This document shows positions 53,708-60,888 of a stretch of 64,000 bases of DNA, piece after piece. The DNA comes from Simkaniaceae bacterium (lineage in GTDB: Bacteria; Chlamydiota; Chlamydiia; Chlamydiales; JAJFMI01), in the NCBI GenBank assembly GCA_040880145.1, contig JBBDIZ010000024.1, positions 12,423-76,422 of the forward strand, in the 5' to 3' direction. Under the pieces are notes generated by a model that worked only from the letters and a program-made list of their open reading frames with translations, was not told the origin of the DNA and did not search any database. Positions within the stretch are counted from its first letter, which is position 1. The number at the start of each line of letters is the position of its first letter. The position numbers were made by a program, and so were the translations under genes.

Positions 53708-54646
53708 ATGAAGAAAGAAAAAGTTTTGGTCATCTCGGGCCCGACAGCCTGTGGAAAGAGCGATTTTGCTTTGGAGCTTGCTCGACGCCTAGATGGGGAA
53801 ATTGTTTCAGCTGATTCCGTTCAGGTCTATAAAGGCATGGATATTGGAACGGCAAAAGCTACGCTCGATGAGCGTATAGATGTTCCCCACCATTTAATCG
53901 ACGTTGCTGAGCTCTTTGAACCTTTTAATGTGGCTGAGTATTGTCGATTAGCAGAGGAGGCTATTCAAGGAATTCTTTCAAGAAATCACGTGCCAATCAT
54001 TGTAGGGGGAACGGGATTCTATCTCCATAGCCTTTTATATGGCCCTCCAAAAGGCCCTCCTTCAAATATTGAAGTACGTCAAGAACTTGAAAGGCACGCT
54101 GATTTACACGGCTTAGAGCCTCTTTTTGATCATTTAAAAAAACTTGATCCTCTTTACGCCTCTTCGATTACCTCCAATGATCGCAATAAAATTATTAGAG
54201 CCTTAGAGATAATCCAGCTTTCAAATAAACGCGTATCGGATTTTAAAGTCGATCAAAGCCTCCCATTGAATATGAAGAGGAACTTTCTTTGCTATTTTCT
54301 CTTCTTTCCAAGAGAAATTCTCTATCCTAGAATCGAGATGCGCTGTGATCTCATGATATCAAGAGGGTTTCTAAATGAGGTCAAGGCTCTGATGAAGAAG
54401 GGATTAAAAGAGAACAGTTCTGCTTCAAATGCAATTGGATATCGCCAGGCAATTGAATACATTGAAGAAGGTGAGAAAAATTTTGAAGAATTCGTTCGAG
54501 CTTTCAAGCAGGCCTCGAGACGTTATGCAAAACGACAGTTTACATGGTTTAATAAAGAACCCTTGTTTAAAAAAATAAATATGAATGATTGGGAAATGGA
54601 AAGAATTCTTGAAATGATCATTAATGAATTTCAAAATCTTATTTAA
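53708..54646 (+). CDS. miaA: tRNA dimethylallyltransferase (start moved to MKKEKV)
   Basis: P-loop ISGPTACGKS, SADSVQVYKGMDIGTAK, and GGTGFY. The longer track ORF would overlap rsbV and a hairpin at 53678-53697. Confidence 0.88.
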   Translation: MKKEKVLVISGPTACGKSDFALELARRLDGEIVSADSVQVYKGMDIGTAKATLDERIDVPHHLIDVAELFEPFNVAEYCRLAEEAIQGILSRNHVPIIVGGTGFYLHSLLYGPPKGPPSNIEVRQELERHADLHGLEPLFDHLKKLDPLYASSITSNDRNKIIRALEIIQLSNKRVSDFKVDQSLPLNMKRNFLCYFLFFPREILYPRIEMRCDLMISRGFLNEVKALMKKGLKENSSASNAIGYRQAIEYIEEGEKNFEEFVRAFKQASRRYAKRQFTWFNKEPLFKKINMNDWEMERILEMIINEFQNLI

Positions 54647-54706
54647 AATTCTTTGAATCTTTAATCAGTTTTCTCTTCTCTTTAATCAGTCACTCAAGTA
54701 AGATAT

Positions 54707-56266
54707 TTGTATTATATTATTGGAAAAATGAGCTTTATGGAAGATGAGACCCTCGATATTTTAAAAGAAAAAATTAACGAAAACGACAGTATTGAAGAAA
54801 AAATTAGACTGGTGATCGAGTTTATGAAATCGACCCTTTCCTTCGGTAAAACCCCTCGATTTAAAGATTTCTGGGATGCAAAAAAATTCATACTCACTCT
54901 TTTCAAAGAAAAAATGAATCCTCTCTCTCGAAATCAATTTTGGAAGGAATATACCGATTTGACACTTGAGGCTAAGCGGTTAAAAGAAATTTTGGATGAA
55001 CAGTCCTCTTTTGCAATCGAACAAATTGAACGAGCCATTGATGTCTTAGATGAGGATCTAAAGCAATTTGAAAAAAATATCGGCAAAATAAAGGAAATCG
55101 ACTTTCCTGAAAATGCTTATACGTTGAGGGAGAGTTATTCTGAGTATAGGACGACTCAGAAAGAGTTGGGGTATTTAAATACTTTAGCCTCTCGATTGAA
55201 TGCGCTTCGAAAGGAAGTCATCAATACGGATATGCGCATCCGTTTTAAAAACAAAATTTTACTTAAACTTTCTCATATCGGCGACCAGGTTTTTCCAAAG
55301 CGGAAGGAGTTGATCAAAACTCAAAGTGATCGCTTTATGACAGACGTTGAGTCCTTTATTCAACGCTATTTTATATCTGACAACGACACTTTAAGCGGTC
55401 CTCCTCTTTATGAGCTTCGCGAAGAGATTAAAGCCTTTCAAGAAATGGCTAAAAACTTAACGGTTAACACCCAGGCTTTTCAAGATAGTCGAAAAAAATT
55501 ATCCGGGTGCTGGGATAAGCTAAGAGAGCTCGACAAAGAGCGAAAAAAAGAACACTCTTTGAAAAAAGAAACTTATCAAGAAAACTTTGAAAAAATCTCA
55601 TGCAGACTTAAGGCTTTAAAAGAGCAATCTCAGTCGATTACCTTAGCGCAGCTTCAAGATGAAATTCATGTAATTCTATCTGAAATGAAGGAAATAGAAC
55701 TCTCTCGAGAGAGTGTTAAAAATTTGAAAGACCAACTGTTCTCTATTAAGCGCGAGAAAGAAGACGAAGCCCAAATCTCTAGAAAAAAAATGCAGGAAGA
55801 GGAAGAAACTCGTAAGAAAAATAGAGAAATGGAAATCGCCGCAGCACTTGACAACTGGAGAAAAGAACTTTCTGATGATACGGATATGGAAAAGAGGGCT
55901 CAAGAGTTTGAATTAGCCATACAAGATTTAAATCTTGATGAAGATGAGAGCGTCCCATTTGAATTTTTAAAAGAAGAATTTTCTGATAAATTAGCAGAAC
56001 GCCGTGAATCTATTTTACTTCATGAAGAAGATATTACAGATAACCTTCTGGAGAAACTTGAAGAGGCCCTTCAAAATAGGCTGTCTGAAAGAGAAGCTGT
56101 GAAGAAAAGTTTAGAGAAGCTTCGAAAAGAAGTCGGGGGATCCGGGCTTGATTTTGAAAAGGCTATGGAGTGTCGATCAAGGATTGACGAATTTAAGAGC
56201 CGGCTTCAAAAACTGACTCAGGCTGTTGACAATTTAAAGAAAAAAATAGACGATATAACAGAATGA
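54707..56266 (+). CDS. hypothetical Glu/Lys-rich coiled-coil protein
   Basis: 519-aa ORF with heptad-like charged sequence throughout and no catalytic motif. The true start may be the ATG at 54728. Confidence 0.5.
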   Translation: MYYIIGKMSFMEDETLDILKEKINENDSIEEKIRLVIEFMKSTLSFGKTPRFKDFWDAKKFILTLFKEKMNPLSRNQFWKEYTDLTLEAKRLKEILDEQSSFAIEQIERAIDVLDEDLKQFEKNIGKIKEIDFPENAYTLRESYSEYRTTQKELGYLNTLASRLNALRKEVINTDMRIRFKNKILLKLSHIGDQVFPKRKELIKTQSDRFMTDVESFIQRYFISDNDTLSGPPLYELREEIKAFQEMAKNLTVNTQAFQDSRKKLSGCWDKLRELDKERKKEHSLKKETYQENFEKISCRLKALKEQSQSITLAQLQDEIHVILSEMKEIELSRESVKNLKDQLFSIKREKEDEAQISRKKMQEEEETRKKNREMEIAAALDNWRKELSDDTDMEKRAQEFELAIQDLNLDEDESVPFEFLKEEFSDKLAERRESILLHEEDITDNLLEKLEEALQNRLSEREAVKKSLEKLRKEVGGSGLDFEKAMECRSRIDEFKSRLQKLTQAVDNLKKKIDDITE

Positions 56267-56925
56267 AAACGCCTCAAAAGATAAGTGTTTTTGATCTAGA
56301 TCATACTTTGATCAATGGCAATTGCAGTTCTCTTTTTTTTCTATATTTGATTAAACGCAAAATTCTGCCTCGGCGAGTTCTTTGCTATTACCCGCTTTAT
56401 AAACTCAAATTTCATATTTTTGGCTGGTCGCTGCAAAAACTTCATGAAAGAGTTTTTAGAAAGCTTCTCAAAGGACGTTCATTTATCGATGTGAAGCAAG
56501 CTCTTTGTGATTTTTTGCTTATCAAACTTCCTGATATTTGGAATCATAGCGTCATTGCTTATCTAAAACGTGCGCAGCATCTTGGCCATTATACGGTTAT
56601 TCTTTCGAACTCACCCTCTTTTCTAGTAGAGCCCATTGCAAAACTTCTCAATGTTGATGAGTGCCAAGCAACTGAATATATCGTAGATGAACTTGGTTTT
56701 TTCCAGCGCATTAGTAAGATACTCGATGGGCCTCAAAAGGCCTATTTCATAAAAAAAATTGCGACAAAATTTTCCCTAGGTCGAGGGGATTTAACTGCTT
56801 ATTCAGATAGTTATCACGATATTGCAATGCTCGAGGCTGTTGATCATCCAGTTGCTGTAAATCCGGATAGCAAGCTCCTTCATTTTTCTCAAAAAAAGCA
56901 ATGGAAAGTTCTGTTTCATGCGTAA
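56263..56925 (+). CDS. HAD-superfamily hydrolase (subfamily IB-like)
   Basis: 220 aa with motif I VFDLDHTLI, motif II ILSNSP, and C-terminal acidic motif YSDSYHDIAML. Confidence 0.65.
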   Translation: MKTPQKISVFDLDHTLINGNCSSLFFLYLIKRKILPRRVLCYYPLYKLKFHIFGWSLQKLHERVFRKLLKGRSFIDVKQALCDFLLIKLPDIWNHSVIAYLKRAQHLGHYTVILSNSPSFLVEPIAKLLNVDECQATEYIVDELGFFQRISKILDGPQKAYFIKKIATKFSLGRGDLTAYSDSYHDIAMLEAVDHPVAVNPDSKLLHFSQKKQWKVLFHA

Positions 56926-57490
56926 AATCGGGTTTTTTGGGGGTTCTTTTGATCCCATTCATTTAGGTCATCTCAATGCCATTGTACGCATCAAAGAGCA
57001 TAAAAAGCTCGATCATGTTTATGTCTGCCCCGTTAACTGCTCACCTTATAAAACAGAAAATCCCCCTATTGCAAGCGGAGAAGATCGGTTGAATATGATC
57101 AATATCGCTCTTCATGGTCTAGAGGGAGTCTCTTCTTTAGATATTGAATTAAAACGGGAGGGACCTTCCTACACGTTTGATTCAATCAAGGAATTGATTG
57201 GGCGCGAAGGCGCTCACTATTATTTAATCCTTTCTGAAGATACAACTGCGCACTTAGAGGGATGGAAATCTATTGAAGAGCTTCTCTTGATGGCTACCCC
57301 CTTGATTATTCCACGATCTTCCAAAAGCGCAGAATTAAATAAAAAATACATTAATTATTATCATTCTCTTCCCCTAATGGAGATTAGTAGCACAGAGATT
57401 CGCAGTCGACTTAATAAAAGAGTTTATTGTCGCCATCTTTTGATAGATAAAGTCCTGGACTATATATATTCTAAAGATTTATACTTTTAA
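56918..57490 (+). CDS. nadD: nicotinate-nucleotide adenylyltransferase
   Basis: 190 aa with GGSFDPIHLGH (the HxGH nucleotidyltransferase motif) and C-terminal ISSTEIR. Confidence 0.85.
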   Translation: MRKIGFFGGSFDPIHLGHLNAIVRIKEHKKLDHVYVCPVNCSPYKTENPPIASGEDRLNMINIALHGLEGVSSLDIELKREGPSYTFDSIKELIGREGAHYYLILSEDTTAHLEGWKSIEELLLMATPLIIPRSSKSAELNKKYINYYHSLPLMEISSTEIRSRLNKRVYCRHLLIDKVLDYIYSKDLYF

Positions 57491-57524
57491 AACGATACTG
57501 TTAGGAATTATTATATTTTTACCT

Positions 57525-57881
57525 ATGAATGATGAATCAAAAAAACATATAAATGATATGGCTCAACTCATCTATGACAAGAAGGGGAGTAATATCATTG
57601 CAATTGATATCAGCTCGATTTCTTCGTTAACAGATGGCGTTATTTTAGCCGAAGGAACTATTGATCGCCATGTCATTGCACTGGCAAAAAGCATCATCGA
57701 GGAAATGAAAAAAAGAGGACAAAGTCCTCATTATGTCGATGGTTTGCAAAACGGTGACTGGATAATTATTGACTATATGGACTTTATGATTCATATTTTT
57801 ATTCCAAGTTTTAGGGAGCTCTATCAATTAGAGATGCTTTGGTCTGCCGGGGATCTAATGGAGCTTGAAATAAAAACGTAA
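57525..57881 (+). CDS. rsfS: ribosome silencing factor RsfS
   Basis: 118 aa with GDWIIIDYMDFMIHIF, typical of the RsfS/Iojap family. It lies downstream of nadD, as in many bacteria. Confidence 0.8.
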   Translation: MNDESKKHINDMAQLIYDKKGSNIIAIDISSISSLTDGVILAEGTIDRHVIALAKSIIEEMKKRGQSPHYVDGLQNGDWIIIDYMDFMIHIFIPSFRELYQLEMLWSAGDLMELEIKT

Positions 57882-57894
57882 GTTAGGATCTAAT

Positions 57895-59157
57895 ATGGCT
57901 AAAAAGAAACGCGTCGTCGTTACAGGTCTTGGTCTAGTCTCTTGTTTTGGTCAAGATGTCCGCACTTTTTATGAGGCGCTCCTTCAAGGGAAAAGCGGTA
58001 TTGGCCCTATTGAAAGTTTCCCCTGTGAAGATTATCCGACTCGTTTTGCAGGATCTGTTCAGAATTTCAATACCGAAGGGTATCTCGATAAAAAACAAGC
58101 AAGACGGACCGACCCTTGCATCCAGTACACTCTAGTTGCAGGCAAACGTGCTATTGAAGATGCTCAGCTCGATGACGACTCCCTTCAAAAACTTGATCGA
58201 ACACGCTGCGGAGTCTTGGTAGGCTCCGGAATGGGGGGGATGAAGACTTTTGGAGATGGAGTCAACACGGTTTATCAAAAGGGTTTTAACCGCTTAACTC
58301 CCTTTTTTATTCCTTACGTGATCACAAATATGGGCAGTGCCCTTCTCGGAATGGAACTTGGGTTTCAAGGACCGAATTATTCGATATCAACAGCGTGTGC
58401 AACAGCAAATTATGCCATTACTGCAGCAGCGAGGCATATTCAATCGGGTGAAGTTGATTTGATGGTCTGCGGGGGGTCTGAAGCGCCTTTAACTCCCATG
58501 GGAGTTGCAGGTTTTGTGGTCATCAAAGCCTTATCGACACGGAATGATGAATATCAAACGGCTTCGCGCCCTTGGGATAAAACCCGTGACGGCTTTGTCA
58601 TGGGCGAAGGCTCGGGTATTTTAGTGCTGGAGAGCCTTGAGCATGCCTTAGAGCGCGGTGCTCCTATCTACGCAGAGTACCTGGGGGGTGCCTTTTCCTG
58701 TGATGCTTACCATATGACAGCTCCCCGGGAAGATGGTCAAGGCGTGAAATTATGCATCGAGCAGGCTCTTAAAGAGGCTGAAATTGAAAAACACCAGATT
58801 AATTACATCAATGCCCATGCAACCTCAACACCTGTTGGAGATCTTTGCGAAGTTCGGGCTGTTCGAGACGTTTTTTTAGAACACTCAAAGAATATCTCTA
58901 TGAATTCGACAAAATCCATGACAGGGCATTGTCTAGGAGCTGCAGGCGGAATTGAAGCGATTGCAACTGTTATGGCGATCAAAACTTCGAAAATCCACCC
59001 TACGATAAATATCTTGGAACCTGAAGACGAAATCAAAAATTTTGACTATGTTCCAGACGTGGCTAAAGAAAAAAAGATCACAGCAGCTCTTTCTAATTCT
59101 TTTGGGTTTGGCGGGCATAACTCAAGCTTGATCTTTGGCCCTTACACCGGCTTTTGA
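57895..59157 (+). CDS. fabF: 3-oxoacyl-ACP synthase II
   Basis: 420 aa with the active-site Cys region STACATANYAI and His motifs NAHATSTPVGD and GHCLGAAG. Confidence 0.92.
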   Translation: MAKKKRVVVTGLGLVSCFGQDVRTFYEALLQGKSGIGPIESFPCEDYPTRFAGSVQNFNTEGYLDKKQARRTDPCIQYTLVAGKRAIEDAQLDDDSLQKLDRTRCGVLVGSGMGGMKTFGDGVNTVYQKGFNRLTPFFIPYVITNMGSALLGMELGFQGPNYSISTACATANYAITAAARHIQSGEVDLMVCGGSEAPLTPMGVAGFVVIKALSTRNDEYQTASRPWDKTRDGFVMGEGSGILVLESLEHALERGAPIYAEYLGGAFSCDAYHMTAPREDGQGVKLCIEQALKEAEIEKHQINYINAHATSTPVGDLCEVRAVRDVFLEHSKNISMNSTKSMTGHCLGAAGGIEAIATVMAIKTSKIHPTINILEPEDEIKNFDYVPDVAKEKKITAALSNSFGFGGHNSSLIFGPYTGF

Positions 59158-59600
59158 TGAAACAAGAAAAAGTGTTTGGAGTTCTACCTTTAAGAAGCGT
59201 TGATAATAAGTGGCAAATTTTAATCCTCTATCATAAAAATGGTCTTTTTTGGGGATTTCCAAAAGGACATCCGGTCGATGGAGAGCCGCCAAAAAAAACA
59301 GCCGAACGAGAGTTGTTCGAGGAAACTAATCTTGAGATAACTGAGTTTTTCAAGGGGGACCCTTTTCATGGAAGTTATACCTTTAGACGTGAAGGGCTCT
59401 TGATTGAAAAAGAGGTGGTTTTTTTCCCGGCAAAGGTCGAAGGAAAATTGAGTCTTCAGAAAAAGGAAATCATAGAAGCAAAATGGTGTTTTTTTGATGA
59501 AGCCCTTCATACTTTGACATTTCCGGAAGCAAAAAAGGTTTGTCGTGAAATAAACAATCGATTAACATTAGAAACGAATATTTTAGAGGATGAAACATGA
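59154..59600 (+). CDS. NUDIX hydrolase
   Basis: 148 aa with the Nudix box GFPKGHPVDGEPPKKTAERELFEETNL. Confidence 0.8.
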   Translation: MMKQEKVFGVLPLRSVDNKWQILILYHKNGLFWGFPKGHPVDGEPPKKTAERELFEETNLEITEFFKGDPFHGSYTFRREGLLIEKEVVFFPAKVEGKLSLQKKEIIEAKWCFFDEALHTLTFPEAKKVCREINNRLTLETNILEDET

Positions 59601-60169
59601 ACCACTCACTGACTATAAAAAATTATTTAACTAGAAGAATCCCACTTTTAAGAGACACGGCTTTGGTCCTCTTTGCTTCGATTCTAATTTCTTTATCCGG
59701 TTTTATAAAAATTCCACTTGGATTCACTCCTGTTCCATTCGTTATCCAGGTGCAAGTTGTATTATTCGCTTCGCTTCTTCTTGGAAAAAAACGGGGAGCC
59801 TTAGCGACTCTTCTCTTCTTATTTCAAGGTCTTCTTGGCTTTCCCGTTTTTTCCGGGGGAAGTTCAGGATGGACTTACATGCTTGGGGCAACAGGAGGGT
59901 ACTTGTTTGGCTATCTCGTGGCTGCCTATGCAACTCCTGCTCTTTATACTGCATTTCGCCGTAAAAGCTTTTCTGCAGTTTTCTTTTCGTCAGTTTTAGG
60001 GAATTTGATCATTTATACATTCGGAGCGCTTTGGCTATCACGGTTTGTGGGGCTTAACCAAGCGCTGTCTTTAGGTGTTATGCCCTTTATCTTAGGTGAC
60101 TTGGTTAAGATTACCTTAACAACAGGCTTCTACTCAAATCTCAAGGCTATGAAACTTTTCTCATCTTAA
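59597..60169 (+). CDS. bioY: biotin transporter BioY
   Basis: 190-aa membrane protein with PVPFVIQVQ, GFPVFSGG and GGYLFGYLVAAY, typical of BioY. Confidence 0.75.
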   Translation: MNHSLTIKNYLTRRIPLLRDTALVLFASILISLSGFIKIPLGFTPVPFVIQVQVVLFASLLLGKKRGALATLLFLFQGLLGFPVFSGGSSGWTYMLGATGGYLFGYLVAAYATPALYTAFRRKSFSAVFFSSVLGNLIIYTFGALWLSRFVGLNQALSLGVMPFILGDLVKITLTTGFYSNLKAMKLFSS

Positions 60170-60365
60170 GATTGGCGTAATATTGATTATGTTTTTTGTC
60201 CTCTATCACGGGTCCCTGTGTAATGGCTCTTTCAGATAGGGGATGGAGTGAATGAAGTTTAGGGCTTTGAAAATGAATCTTTTTTGCTGTTTTCTTCATG
60301 GCTTCATTTTGAGGTTGAGGCTCTTGAGATCTCTCCACGTGACCGCTGTCGATTCGTCTTACCAT
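60147..60365 (-). CDS. hypothetical small basic protein
   Basis: 72-aa ORF with a strong GGAGGAG Shine-Dalgarno sequence 4 nt upstream of the ATG. No recognisable motif. Its 3' end overlaps the convergent bioY by 23 nt. Confidence 0.35.
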   Translation of the reverse strand: MVRRIDSGHVERSQEPQPQNEAMKKTAKKIHFQSPKLHSLHPLSERAITQGPVIEDKKHNQYYANLKMRKVS

Positions 60366-60546
60366 AATCTCCTCCGATTTAAATGATTTTCACTATCTTT
60401 AAAAATTAAAGTTCTTAAGTCAACGATTTTTTTTCTGCTTAACACGCTCTTTTTCAAGGGTTTTTTCCATAGAGATTTCCTCTCTTATCAGACGAGCAAT
60501 TTTGTGAATTTTATTTTCTAGAGACGTAGGGCTTTCTTCTTTCTCA

Positions 60547-60709
60547 TATACCGAAACATCTTCAAGAATCGGTTTTGTCAGGCGCGAAAGCTTCCGAAAT
60601 TTGCCGGTCATAAATGACCTAATATTAATAATATGAGGTCATTTATGATCGACGAATTGCGGTGCTTTGGCGCCTGACAAAACCCAATTCTTGAAGTTGT
60701 TTCGGTATG
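60547..60709. repeat. 163-bp composite palindrome built from two outward-facing TTTCGGTAT units
   Basis: Arms 60548-60585 and 60670-60708 are reverse complements apart from a few mismatches. The inner perfect 12-bp inverted repeat is CATAAATGACCT (60609-60620) / AGGTCATTTATG (60636-60647). Confidence 0.8.
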
Positions 60710-60888
60710 AGTGTCATTAGTTCTGTTTGTATTAATTTTCATAATTACCTCTAAATTATTATTTTTTTATAATATCAAATTAATGTCAACAAGTGTTTAT
60801 GCACTAGCTCTTATTGAAATGTATGTAGACATAATTTTTTCGAAATTGCTATAATGGTTCCTTTTGCTATTTACGGAGTTAAACATTT

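Noticed and set aside
60420-60611. 63-aa minus-strand ORF between the small basic ORF and the palindrome.
   Set aside because: Its ATG lies in the 12-bp core palindrome and its first ~20 codons are the repeat arm. The mirror arm gives only a 10-codon ORF on the other strand. It has only a weak SD-like AGGT. It is not called as a CDS but is kept as a question in the findings.
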